The notes under the pieces are model-generated. The model was not told the DNA's origin. It did no database searches and saw only the letters and a list, made by a program, of their open reading frames with translations. A stretch of 64,000 bases of DNA, taken from positions 1 to 64,000 of the forward strand of contig JACVGT010000008.1 of the NCBI GenBank assembly GCA_018992685.1, given 5' to 3'. The DNA comes from Theionarchaea archaeon. GTDB taxonomy: Archaea > Methanobacteriota_B > Thermococci > Methanofastidiosales > SZ-28-30. Both the position numbers and the translations under genes were made by a program. Positions 1 through 9,506 of the stretch are shown here, one piece after another. Numbering within the stretch: position 1 is the stretch's first letter; the number at the start of each line of letters is the position of its first letter.

Positions 1-1
1 C

Positions 2-583
2 TGGGTCGCCACCTGCTATTTGACGTCCTACTTGAACCTGTTTGAGGATGGTCTGGTGATAGACTGTGGGACCAATTCCACAGATATTGTCCCTGTATTG
101 AACTCTCGACCCATGACTCTCGATGACAATGATCAAGGCTACACTCGAACCAGAACTGGTGAACTACTGTGGTCAGGATTGTATTTCACGCACGTTCCAT
201 CTATCTCTCATGCCATTCTCTTGGGTGATAATGAATATCAGACCAATCCCTCCACCCGTGCCATGAGCTTCGACATATATGTTGTCCTGGACATGGTCAA
301 ATCAGAAGATGTCTTGGCAGAGTTTAATACGAAAGCAGAATACAGACGTCTGATTTCACCTGAAGCCTCTGGAAGAAGGATCATGGACAGTGTGTCGGCA
401 GACAGCGAATTACTGGGTGCTGATGATGCTCGGAAAATTGCCTGCTATCTGGCAGAAAAACAGAGAGAGAAGACGCTGAAAGCCATCAAGAATGTTCTGG
501 CTGCCACAAAGAAAAAATATAAAACTGATCTGAAAACAGTCGCCCTTGCAGGTGCTGTGAAACATCTCTGGGGTGTGCGTTGA
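2..583 (+). CDS. Hydantoinase/oxoprolinase (ASKHA) family protein, MfnF / H4MPT-linked C1 pathway-like; 5' partial, possibly 3' truncated
   Basis: Frame is open from the window edge (WVATCYL...). Motifs LVIDCGTNSTDIVP and R...GELLWSG resemble the DxGSTTTDIIP / RL..GELVY.G motifs of this family. Confidence 0.6.
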   Translation, partial: WVATCYLTSYLNLFEDGLVIDCGTNSTDIVPVLNSRPMTLDDNDQGYTRTRTGELLWSGLYFTHVPSISHAILLGDNEYQTNPSTRAMSFDIYVVLDMVKSEDVLAEFNTKAEYRRLISPEASGRRIMDSVSADSELLGADDARKIACYLAEKQREKTLKAIKNVLAATKKKYKTDLKTVALAGAVKHLWGVR

Positions 584-625
584 TAGGGTTAGAAGCTTTT
601 AGGAACCCATGAGATTCTGTCTCAG

Positions 626-896
626 CTATCCCTCTCGCTCACCGCTTTCCAGAGGCAACGATATGCTTTTTTCAACTGCTGCAACTACATTTTTGCGGAA
701 CTCCCCCCTTGGTAGATGTGTGGTGTCTCTGTGGAGTGAGAAGCTGAAATCCTGAATGTTCTTGTCCCTCACCACGTGCTCCCTGAAATCGTCCTGGCGA
801 GAATCCATTCACTCTGCTGCAGATTTTGATCAAGGGACTTTCTACACGAACTGTGACATGTTGGTTGAGAGTCTCCAGGGGAAGACTCACATCCAC
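626..896 (-). pseudogene. Probable frameshifted ORF downstream of the terpene cyclase-like gene
   Basis: GTG at 896 lies 2 nt after the upstream stop. Frame VDVSLPLETLNQHVTVRVESPLIKICSRV appears to continue after a +1 shift near 809 as MDSRQDDFREHVVRDK...EREG*. Confidence 0.35.
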
Positions 897-898
897 AG

Positions 899-2308
899 TC
901 AGTCCCAGCTCCTCTTCAGCAGAGAACGGAAGGCAGACACGATCAGCGCGCGCCTGTGTATTCCGTAGTCAATCAATCCAACGAAATGTACACCATCAAA
1001 TGTGGGACCAAATGAGGCAGAGTGGCACTGTGCCAGAAATCTATCGAGGGCTCTGTTCCGGCATTCAACGAAATCTGAGTATTCAGAGAAGGCTCTCGCA
1101 AGAAGAGTACATTCAACAATATTCAGCTCCCCTTCCAGCTGGTTCTCGAGCCATTCAAGGGCATGGAAAGCAGGATCGAGATATCCATTCCGTCCCAGCA
1201 GGAGGGCAATTTCCACCGTTGCATAGATATTGCTGTTCCACCAGGTGGTAGTCCAGTGGCCATCTTTCTCCTGGGCTTCCAGAAGGTAAGAGATTCCCTT
1301 TTCGAAGCCCGGTCCGCACATCTTGTTCTGTTCAAGGGCTTCCAGTACGTGACATGTCACATCATTGTCTGATGTTCTGGCTCTCCTCACCACAGATTCC
1401 CGAGGGACAACTCCCGTTATCTGAGGGAATGCACCCCATCCTCCATTTTCATGTTGAAGAGCCCCAAGGTTCTTGCATGCTGTAGATGCCAAGCGGGGTT
1501 CATAGGGCGCCAGAGCATAACAGGCCATTGCGGTGTCATCAATATCAGGTACGGCAAACCGAGAAAATCCCCACCAGCAATTAGGGTGCATGCATTCCTT
1601 CAGCGTTTCCACCAGTCGCCACTGAAGTGCAGTCTCACGTGTTCTGAGTGCGTATGAAGCTTCCCAGACTTCTCCGTTTGCTGCAGCCCAAGAACCATCA
1701 GGCAACTGTTCTCTCTTGAGCCATTCTTGAACATTATGTGCGGGCTCAATTCCTTCTTCCCTGAGTGCAATGGCTGAAAGAGCAGTAATAGTAGTATCAT
1801 CTGTCCAGGAACCATCTTCTTGCTGGAGATCTCCGAGCATTCTGAGAATCTGAGGCATCTTTTCTCCCTTTATGGTACAGAATAGAGCTGCACAGGCCAG
1901 ATGAAGGGGGAGAGTATAACAGTCATCATAAGAACACGAATAATCCAGTTGTTTTTCGATCTCGTCCAGAGAAGGCATCTTCTCCTGTACCTGTGCCCGT
2001 ATTGGAAAATCACAGACATCTTCCAGAATTTCAAAGCAGGCAAACATGAGGGAAGAAGATCCTGAAAACGTTGTGTGGACTTCTGTCAAGGGGAGTCCTC
2101 TTGCATGCTGCTCAATCCACCGGTGTGCTCTTTCAGAAGTCCTCCCAAGAGCTGTATGAGCCAGTATGGTTGCCACAGGATGAGAACTGAGTGTACTGCA
2201 GCGACCTTCAATTCTCGGCGAGATATTTTGTTCCACCAGGAAGGTTAATTCCTGTCTCGCGTGGTCGTATATCCGTTTTATTTCTGGAAGCAGCTCATTT
2301 TTCCCCAT
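899..2308 (-). CDS. Class II terpene cyclase-like protein (squalene-hopene cyclase / prenyltransferase repeat family)
   Basis: QW-type repeats LQQEDGSW, EQLPDGSW, LQHENGGW and AQEKDGHW; catalytic-type motif VPDIDDTA; SD GGAGG upstream. Confidence 0.8.
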   Translation of the reverse strand: MGKNELLPEIKRIYDHARQELTFLVEQNISPRIEGRCSTLSSHPVATILAHTALGRTSERAHRWIEQHARGLPLTEVHTTFSGSSSLMFACFEILEDVCDFPIRAQVQEKMPSLDEIEKQLDYSCSYDDCYTLPLHLACAALFCTIKGEKMPQILRMLGDLQQEDGSWTDDTTITALSAIALREEGIEPAHNVQEWLKREQLPDGSWAAANGEVWEASYALRTRETALQWRLVETLKECMHPNCWWGFSRFAVPDIDDTAMACYALAPYEPRLASTACKNLGALQHENGGWGAFPQITGVVPRESVVRRARTSDNDVTCHVLEALEQNKMCGPGFEKGISYLLEAQEKDGHWTTTWWNSNIYATVEIALLLGRNGYLDPAFHALEWLENQLEGELNIVECTLLARAFSEYSDFVECRNRALDRFLAQCHSASFGPTFDGVHFVGLIDYGIHRRALIVSAFRSLLKRSWD

Positions 2309-2320
2309 CGGAAACCCTCC

Positions 2321-2374
2321 TCAGAACAGAGCATTTTCAGCATTGATGGCAGCACTGACAAGGTGTGTTACCAT
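2321..2374 (-). CDS. 17-aa micro-ORF MVTHLVSAAINAENALF
   Basis: ATG preceded by a strong SD (AAGGAGGTG). Its TGA overlaps the SD of the next gene, which starts 12 nt downstream. Confidence 0.5.
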   Translation of the reverse strand: MVTHLVSAAINAENALF

Positions 2375-2473
2375 CACACACCTCCTTTCCTCAATTTTCC
2401 TATTTAAACATTTGGAATGTTATCTTTCTATAAAATCATAAGATGTCAGATCTCTTTGCTCATACCCAGATAG

Positions 2474-3022
2474 TTACATACATTGCTCCAGAACCTTCCT
2501 GAGAAGATCTTCCAGAATATCTGTCCCCACAACCATCCGTTCATATGACAGCCCAAGCCTCCGGGCAATCTCCAGACATCCCTCACCAGAACCCGTCCCT
2601 GTGTCCAGAAACACACACCTCACATAATGCTTGAAATATGTTTCCTTTTCCTCTTCCAGATGTAATGCCTCTGTCAAGTTCTCGAATTGATCACAAAACC
2701 GAGGCAGCAGAAAATATGTACCTGGTTCTTCCTTCAATAATTGAGAGAACAGGTCACCAGCCACCATCTCATAACAGGTTTCACATCCTACCCGCACTGC
2801 ACCATGCTCTCTGCACACGTCATCTATGCCTTCAAAACAATTCCCGTACACCACCACAACACAATCATCAGTAGTCCCCTCCAGCTCTTTCACCAGCCTC
2901 TCCTTTAGCATGTCAGGATTGAGATGCAGCTTTCCGGGCAGGACAGCAACATCAATGTCCAGCCCTTCAACAACTTTTCTGACCTCACCCTCTAGAATTC
3001 CACATGCCACTATGGTAGCCAT
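2474..3022 (-). CDS. DUF1638 domain protein (corrinoid methyltransferase-associated)
   Basis: IVACGILEGE, LH..P..L, VVYGNC, and C.....G....LLKEEPGTYFL pattern. Confidence 0.8.
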   Translation of the reverse strand: MATIVACGILEGEVRKVVEGLDIDVAVLPGKLHLNPDMLKERLVKELEGTTDDCVVVVYGNCFEGIDDVCREHGAVRVGCETCYEMVAGDLFSQLLKEEPGTYFLLPRFCDQFENLTEALHLEEEKETYFKHYVRCVFLDTGTGSGEGCLEIARRLGLSYERMVVGTDILEDLLRKVLEQCM

Positions 3023-3138
3023 GACCTATCTCTGACGGGACCTTTTAATATTTTTTGATTTTCGGCAGTAAAAAAAGTGAGTTCTGTCGAAAGTTATTTA
3101 AAGACCTGACCGCACATCAGCTCGTGCATCCCGTGAAC

Positions 3139-3753
3139 ATGTGCGATTCAAGATACGAAATTCTCAGGATCTTGAAAAAGGAGTGTTGCACCGTGGATAT
3201 TCTGAGTTCTAAAATCGGAATTAGCCCTACAGCAGTGCGGCAGCACCTTGCAATCTTGGAACGAGAATCTCTCGTCACCGGAGAAACTGTAAAAGAGGGT
3301 ATTGGAAGACCAAAGGTCATCTACTCCATCACAGAAGAAGCTGAGAAGCTCTTCCCCAAACATTATGGTTGGCTCATGGGACAGGTCATCAGTCACCTCC
3401 TGGAACAACTGGGAGAAGGACAGGTGCATACCATGTTCAAGCACATCGGCACCAGGCTCTCAAAACCGTATTCTAAAAGAGTGGAAGGAAAACCGCTGGA
3501 AGAACGGGCCACAGAAGTTGCCAAGATACTCAATGAATGGGGAGCCTATGCCGCACTGGAGAATGACGGAAACGGCCTGATCCTCAAGAACTACAACTGT
3601 GCCTTTTATGAAGTTGCCCAGGAACATCCCCAGGTGTGTGATGTTCATGCAGCTTTCCTGGAGCAGCTCCTGGAAAAGAAGCCGGAGCGGACAGCCTCCA
3701 TGGCTGAAGGGAATGACTACTGTGCGTACCAGATCATGGAACGGAGAGAATGA
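3139..3753 (+). CDS. ArsR/SufR-like HTH transcriptional regulator with Cys-containing C-terminal sensor domain
   Basis: wHTH ISPTAVRQHLAILE...GRPKVIY; C-terminal NCAF...VC...C motif. Start moved to ATG 3139. Confidence 0.8.
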   Translation: MCDSRYEILRILKKECCTVDILSSKIGISPTAVRQHLAILERESLVTGETVKEGIGRPKVIYSITEEAEKLFPKHYGWLMGQVISHLLEQLGEGQVHTMFKHIGTRLSKPYSKRVEGKPLEERATEVAKILNEWGAYAALENDGNGLILKNYNCAFYEVAQEHPQVCDVHAAFLEQLLEKKPERTASMAEGNDYCAYQIMERRE

Positions 3754-3779
3754 ACACAGCAAGAATAAAAAAAGGGAAA

Positions 3780-3998
3780 TCAGGTTTTTAATTCTCCCTT
3801 GGGAATATTCAGTATGATGCTGTCGCCAATACGATCCACCTCATGTGGTGTGATGTGGTGCCCAGTCATCATGCCAGATTTTATGTAGATCTTCTGTATA
3901 GTGAAAGACGATACATCGATTTCAAGATCGCTGACCTTTCCGATCTCAATGGCATCTTTATCATAGACTTTCCTTCCCATCAAATCTTTTGCTTTCAT
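3780..3998 (-). CDS. PRC-barrel domain protein
   Basis: DLMGRKVYDKDAIEIGKVSDLEID...VDRIGDSIIL; TATA-like TTTATAA about 25 nt upstream of ATG 3998. Confidence 0.85.
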   Translation of the reverse strand: MKAKDLMGRKVYDKDAIEIGKVSDLEIDVSSFTIQKIYIKSGMMTGHHITPHEVDRIGDSIILNIPKGELKT

Positions 3999-4321
3999 AC
4001 TTTCTGTATTCTGCCCGAACATTATAAAGGTTGTTTTTCTCTCAGGATTCAAGCGCCCTTCCGGTTCCTGTCTTCTTTTCCTCATGGTGAGAGCTTCAGA
4101 TCTGAAGTCTCAGGGTCACCCACACTCCAGAGGATCTGTCAAATTTATGAGCCAGGTGCTGACCCTCACATTCCTGTCTCTTTCGACCCTGAGTGTCTCT
4201 CCTCAAAATACATCAGACCTTCCCTCCTGAGATTGGGGCCTGCACCTCACAGTCCACTCTGGAACACACATCCAGAGGAGTGCCAGCATCAAGAAGTGCA
4301 GTACTGCGCAGCGAGGAAAAC

Positions 4322-4330
4322 CTTTAAAAT
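4322..4330 (+). promoter_or_regulatory. Archaeal TATA box with A-rich BRE upstream of sucC (leaderless-type spacing)
   Basis: gaaaacCTTTAAAAT about 25 nt before ATG 4351. The same arrangement recurs near 8497, 16034, 25638, 28329, 28623, 46152 and 55796. Confidence 0.6.
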
Positions 4331-4350
4331 CCCCACCAGAAGGGTAACCC

Positions 4351-5448
4351 ATGAAACTGTACGAGTATGAAGCCAAGGAAATATTTGGCCAGAACGGCAT
4401 TCCCATACCTCAGAGCAAGGTGATCACACAGCCATCAGAACTTGAAGCTGATTCTTTCCCCATAATGCTGAAAGCCCAGGTGCTCGTGGGAGGAAGAGGG
4501 AAGGCAGGAGGAGTCAAACTGGCCAAGACTGAAGCGGAAGCCAGAGAAGCTGCTGAAAGAATCTTATCCATGGAGATAAAGGGTATACCTGTTAAGAAAC
4601 TTCTTGTATATCCTGCAGTGGACATCAAGAAGGAATACTATCTTGGATTCGTTGTGGATAGAAGTGCACGAAGTCTGGTGGCGATTGCTTCTTCAGAAGG
4701 TGGTATGGATATCGAAGAAGTGGCACAGAAGTCGCCCGAAAAGATTGCCAAGCTGCAGATCGATCCCATTCTCGGGTTGCAGTCATATGAAGCCAACGAG
4801 CTGGGAAGAAAAATCGGGTTAGAAGGAAAACCCCTGCTGCAGTTTTCCAAGATCGCCCTGAACCTGTACAAGATCTGCAAGAAATATGATGCTGAGCTCA
4901 TTGAGATTAATCCTCTCGCTTGGTCTGAAGAGGGATTCTGTGCTGTGGATGCCAAGTTAAATGTGGATGATAACGCCCTGTACAGACAGAAATTCCAACC
5001 CAAAGCAGAGGAGTACACAGAACTGGAACGAATGGCAAAGGATGCGGGACTTTCATACGTGTCACTGGATGGGAATATTGCCATCATCGGGTGTGGTGCA
5101 GGACTGGTCATGGCCTCACTTGACATTATTCAGAAATATGGTGGAAGCCCAGCCAATTTCCTGGATGTGGGTGGGGGAGCAAATGCAGAGAACATGAGAC
5201 AGGCTCTTGATATTGTCACCCGACAGGAAGGGCTGAAGTCCATTTTCATCAACATCTTTGGCGGAATTACCAGATGCGATCAGATTGCGGAAGGGATTGT
5301 GGAGTTCTCTCCGAAAATTCCCATCTCAGTGAGGATGATGGGGACGAATGAGGAGCAGGGGAAGCAGATCCTGGATGAACACGGCTATCACGCCTTTGAC
5401 AGTATGGCTGAAGCTGCGCAAAAGGCGGTAGAACTGTCTCAGGCATGA
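4351..5448 (+). CDS. sucC: Succinyl-CoA synthetase (ADP-forming) beta subunit
   Basis: [55 protein letters not shown]. Confidence 0.92.
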   Translation: MKLYEYEAKEIFGQNGIPIPQSKVITQPSELEADSFPIMLKAQVLVGGRGKAGGVKLAKTEAEAREAAERILSMEIKGIPVKKLLVYPAVDIKKEYYLGFVVDRSARSLVAIASSEGGMDIEEVAQKSPEKIAKLQIDPILGLQSYEANELGRKIGLEGKPLLQFSKIALNLYKICKKYDAELIEINPLAWSEEGFCAVDAKLNVDDNALYRQKFQPKAEEYTELERMAKDAGLSYVSLDGNIAIIGCGAGLVMASLDIIQKYGGSPANFLDVGGGANAENMRQALDIVTRQEGLKSIFINIFGGITRCDQIAEGIVEFSPKIPISVRMMGTNEEQGKQILDEHGYHAFDSMAEAAQKAVELSQA

Positions 5449-6170
5449 GTATCAGCTCACGTTCACAAATCTGATTAGAAGAGTGAGAAGCTGAGGTGAC
5501 CCCTATCTTCTGATTGTGGAGAAGACCACAGGGAACAGACAGCAAGAGGCAAGACTCGATCGTACGCTCGTTCCTGGTCTGACTCCGCTTCTTCCAGGTC
5601 TTTGATCACATCTGGAATATAAGACTTCTTGAGCTCCACTCTTCAGTGCATTGCGGATTTTCTTCAAGAAATGCAATTTCCATAGAAGAACCTCGTGATG
5701 GTCGTCTTGTGCAGTGTTGCCCCGATACCGTACATACTCTAAAATGTCTTTCAATTGTTCTGTTCCCTCATCGTCGAAAGCGAGAATGAAGACTCCTATT
5801 CAGGTTGCTCACCTGGTGAAAGAGGCAGCTTTGTCGTACAGATGCCACCTTCACGCATTTCACTTCTTACAGTCATCTTTGCTGGTCGTGCTGTATTCGT
5901 TCGCTGAATGCCCTTATAAACTTTCTTGATGTGTCAGTATGAGAAAGATCGCAAATTCAGGTATTTTTTGATTTGAAGTCTGTTTCTCTCTCTATTGGAG
6001 AGGGAACCTAATACAATATATCTCAAGAGCCAATCTCCTTACAAAGGACTTCACGTCCATCATTGCATTCTGGCAAACGATGGGTTGGTTCTGATTTTGT
6101 TCTCGTCGGAAACCTTTGTTTTACGATATCATACGGCAATCTTTTTAAGAATGTATAGTCATCACAGACC

Positions 6171-7661
6171 ATGCAAAGACAGAAAGCAATCCTCCTGGCA
6201 GTGCTTCTGATCACGCCACCTCTGCTGGCAGCTGAAGGACCCCGGGGTCCACTGTGTGATCCCTTCCGTCCTGAAGTGGAAAACCACATTTGGTTCTGGT
6301 GGCCAGAAGGCATTGCTGGGTTTGAATTTGATGATTCTGGAACCTTATTATATATTGTGGATGGAATTCCTGCCCAATCTGGAGAACTCATTTCTTCCAG
6401 TGTGCAGAAAGAATTCCGGAAGTTACCATTAACTGGAGAATTTACCTTCTGGCGGCCCATAAAGAAGGATGGACTGGGTGGATTCTGGCTGAAGCATTTT
6501 GCAGTAAAGACCCTGAATCAGCCCTGGGGCACGGTCAGCCCGGGTGTAGATTACAATTATCATCTCAACCTTGGGAAGAAGATAACAGAAATCAAGAGAG
6601 AAGATTTCAAATCGTTCAAAGAGCACCCCTTTGCGCAGGGCATGGGAGCCTACATATGGAAAAAGGAAAGCTCTGAACTGTATGGTATAGAATTCGACAC
6701 GAAAGGAGTTGCCAGGTACCTGGTCCATGGCATTCCGGGGGAATATTCCCTGGACGATGTACCTCCCGACGGGTACATGACGTGGCAGCCTGTGGATTCA
6801 AAGAGTAAGGAGGGATACTGGCTGAAGCATGTTGCAGTGAGAGAACTGAGAATGCCTTGGGGAACGGTGTACCCTGGCATAGATTACCGGTTTCAATCAG
6901 AACATACTTTAGGGGAATTGACCCGAAGGCAGGCCGCAGAGTTCACTGACAACCCCTTCACTCCCGAATTGGCCAACCATATCTGGAAAAAGGAAGGGGA
7001 CACGTTGCGTGGATTCAGATTCGATGAAAAAGGACATTTGCGGTACATGGTGGAGGGAATCAAGGGCTCATACACATTGGACGATGTGCCCTTTTCAGGA
7101 GAGTACACTGTGTGGGTTCCCGTCAGTCCCACCAGTTCCTCTGGATACTGGTTGAACTATGCTGCAGTGGCTGAGTTCGAGATGCCCTGGGGAACGGTGC
7201 ATCCTGGAATCGATTATAGATATGAAGATGGAAAATCTACCAAGGACCTGCCGAAGAGCAGTAAATTCACGTTCGAACCGTTTCCAGAGGGAGATTTGGA
7301 GAACCACATCTGGAGCCAGGAAATAGACTGTTTATACGGTGCGGAGTTCGACACTCAGGGGAATCTTCTGTACCTGGTTCATGGTGTGCCCGGCACCTAC
7401 TCGCTCAATGATGTTCCCTTGTCAGGTGAGTATGTGGTATGGTACCCGCTCGAAGGAGGGGAACAGGAAGGGGTCTGGCTGAAGTATGTCGCAGTGAGGG
7501 AGGTTGACATGGAATGGGGTCCAGTGACCTATGGTATTGACCTCTCATACAATCAGCAGGAAGGCCACGGAATATCATTTCTGACCAGAGAGGACTACCA
7601 CGAAAACTGGGACTTACTAAAGCTCTTGAAGTACTTCTGGGACGTTTTGATGGAAGACTGA
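6171..7661 (+). CDS. Secreted hypothetical protein with four roughly 100-aa internal repeats
   Basis: N-terminal signal peptide; four copies of PF..(NH)IW...G.(E)FD..G...Y.V.G...W.P...G.WL...AV......WG.V..G(I)D. Confidence 0.8.
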   Translation: MQRQKAILLAVLLITPPLLAAEGPRGPLCDPFRPEVENHIWFWWPEGIAGFEFDDSGTLLYIVDGIPAQSGELISSSVQKEFRKLPLTGEFTFWRPIKKDGLGGFWLKHFAVKTLNQPWGTVSPGVDYNYHLNLGKKITEIKREDFKSFKEHPFAQGMGAYIWKKESSELYGIEFDTKGVARYLVHGIPGEYSLDDVPPDGYMTWQPVDSKSKEGYWLKHVAVRELRMPWGTVYPGIDYRFQSEHTLGELTRRQAAEFTDNPFTPELANHIWKKEGDTLRGFRFDEKGHLRYMVEGIKGSYTLDDVPFSGEYTVWVPVSPTSSSGYWLNYAAVAEFEMPWGTVHPGIDYRYEDGKSTKDLPKSSKFTFEPFPEGDLENHIWSQEIDCLYGAEFDTQGNLLYLVHGVPGTYSLNDVPLSGEYVVWYPLEGGEQEGVWLKYVAVREVDMEWGPVTYGIDLSYNQQEGHGISFLTREDYHENWDLLKLLKYFWDVLMED

Positions 7662-7719
7662 TGTGTCATTAGTAGTATCACCTGCTAGCTGCAGCTGCAG
7701 GAAACCTTGATAAGCACTG

Positions 7720-8478
7720 GTGAGTATCAGAATCATGGGAGGACCTGAAGCAAGTATAGTGGAAGAAGCAGCACGCATTATTGATGCTGCCCATGACAAT
7801 GACGTGACACTGAGGCTCCTGGGAGGGCTGGCCACCAGAATACACTGTGAACATGTGGACTTTTGCGACCGGGAGTACTCTGACATTGACATGGTGGGGC
7901 TCGGCAGAGAAAAGAGCAGGATCAGTATGTTGTTCTCAGCCCTGGGATACCTGCCCGATGAACGGTTCAATGCACTCCACGGCCACAAACGGCTGAAATT
8001 TGAAGAGACTGTGTACCACAGGCATGTGGATGTGTTTCTGGATCATTTTGACATGGATCACGACTGGGACCTGTCCAGCAGACTGGATATTGAAAAGTAC
8101 ACGCTTCCTCTCAGTGATCTGCTTTTGACAAAACTCCAGATTTGCAAGATAAATGAAAAGGACATCCGGGACATACTCACCCTCCTGAAAGACTGCGCTA
8201 TCGGTGAGGAAGACCTCCCTCACACCATAAACGTGGGATACATTGCAGAAAAATGCTCCGAAGACTGGGGATTATATGAAGCGGTGCTTGATAACCTGGA
8301 ACATGTGGGTACATTTCTGGATACGTATGAATTGAGTGAAGAGGATAGGAATCTGGTGGAAAGGCGACTTAAACTCCTCACCAGGAACCTCATTTCACAT
8401 CAGAAGACTGCCAGATGGAAGATGCGCTCTGCAGTGGGAAGACATCTGGCATGGTGCGAACAGGTAGAAGAAGAATAG
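7720..8478 (+). CDS. Nucleotidyltransferase-fold hypothetical protein
   Basis: LRLLGGLA...DREYSDIDMV (GG...DxD) plus a third Asp in HVDVF; LLLTKLQ...KDIRD. Confidence 0.6.
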   Translation: MSIRIMGGPEASIVEEAARIIDAAHDNDVTLRLLGGLATRIHCEHVDFCDREYSDIDMVGLGREKSRISMLFSALGYLPDERFNALHGHKRLKFEETVYHRHVDVFLDHFDMDHDWDLSSRLDIEKYTLPLSDLLLTKLQICKINEKDIRDILTLLKDCAIGEEDLPHTINVGYIAEKCSEDWGLYEAVLDNLEHVGTFLDTYELSEEDRNLVERRLKLLTRNLISHQKTARWKMRSAVGRHLAWCEQVEEE

Positions 8479-8523
8479 CTCTACTGTAACCTCACCTTTA
8501 TATCTGCCATCAGAAGGTAGAGT

Positions 8524-9276
8524 ATGGAATCTCTCAAGGGAAAAACCGCTGTGATCACGGGCAGCTCACGCGGCATTGGAAGAGGATGTGCTCTAGTACT
8601 TGCCAGATATGGCTGTAATATTGTGATAAATTACGTTGAATCTTCAGAAAAGGCACAGGAAGTGGCAGAAGAGATCACGGGGCTGGGTGTGGAATCTCTC
8701 GTGGTAAGAGCGGATGTCTCCCGGGAGCAGGATGTCAAATCGATGATAGGGAGCGCAATCAGCACGTTTGGCGGAATAGATATCCTTGTCAATAATGCAG
8801 GCATTCACCAGCACCTCAAGACATGGGAACTCTCACTGGAGGATTGGAATAGAGTTATTGCCACGAATCTGACGGGTGTATTCCTGTGTTCACGAGAAGC
8901 AGTTTCCCATATGAAGAAGGTAGGATCAGGATCAATCATTAACATTTCGTCGTGTGTGGCATTCACGGGTACGGATCATGAAATACACTACGCATCCACC
9001 AAGGCAGGTATTCTGGGATTTACCAAGAGTCTAGCTCTGGAGGTTGCCTCTTACAACATACGAGTGAATGCCGTATCCCCCGGATTCTTTGCCACAGACA
9101 TGGTTCTGCCTCTGATTACCAGCGAAGAAATGAAATCTTTGGAAACCAAAATCCCTCTGGGGAGATTGGGAGCTCCCGAGGATATTGGCAATGCCGTTGC
9201 TTTTCTGGCATCTGACAGGGCACAGTACATAACAGGGGAAGTACTGCACGTGAATGGCGGGCTGATAATGTACTAG
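8524..9276 (+). CDS. SDR family oxidoreductase (FabG-like)
   Basis: TGSSRGIG, NNAG, YASTK, NAVSPG, ITGEVLHVNGG. Confidence 0.92.
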   Translation: MESLKGKTAVITGSSRGIGRGCALVLARYGCNIVINYVESSEKAQEVAEEITGLGVESLVVRADVSREQDVKSMIGSAISTFGGIDILVNNAGIHQHLKTWELSLEDWNRVIATNLTGVFLCSREAVSHMKKVGSGSIINISSCVAFTGTDHEIHYASTKAGILGFTKSLALEVASYNIRVNAVSPGFFATDMVLPLITSEEMKSLETKIPLGRLGAPEDIGNAVAFLASDRAQYITGEVLHVNGGLIMY

Positions 9277-9506
9277 GTGTGAACGTGTAAAGGTCGACTT
9301 CTCCCGGGCATAGCTGTCCCTCCCTGCAAAGACGTGGATAAAAACGCATGATAGAATTCTGATTCTGGAACTACAGGAATCTCCATGAAAACATTTATAT
9401 TGGAGACCAGCTTCTACACAGGGGATGCCCCAGATCCAGCATCACGCACCAGGAAATGCGTACCTGAGTGCGATATTGCAGCCAGACTGTGCAGGAGACC
9501 GTAAGA

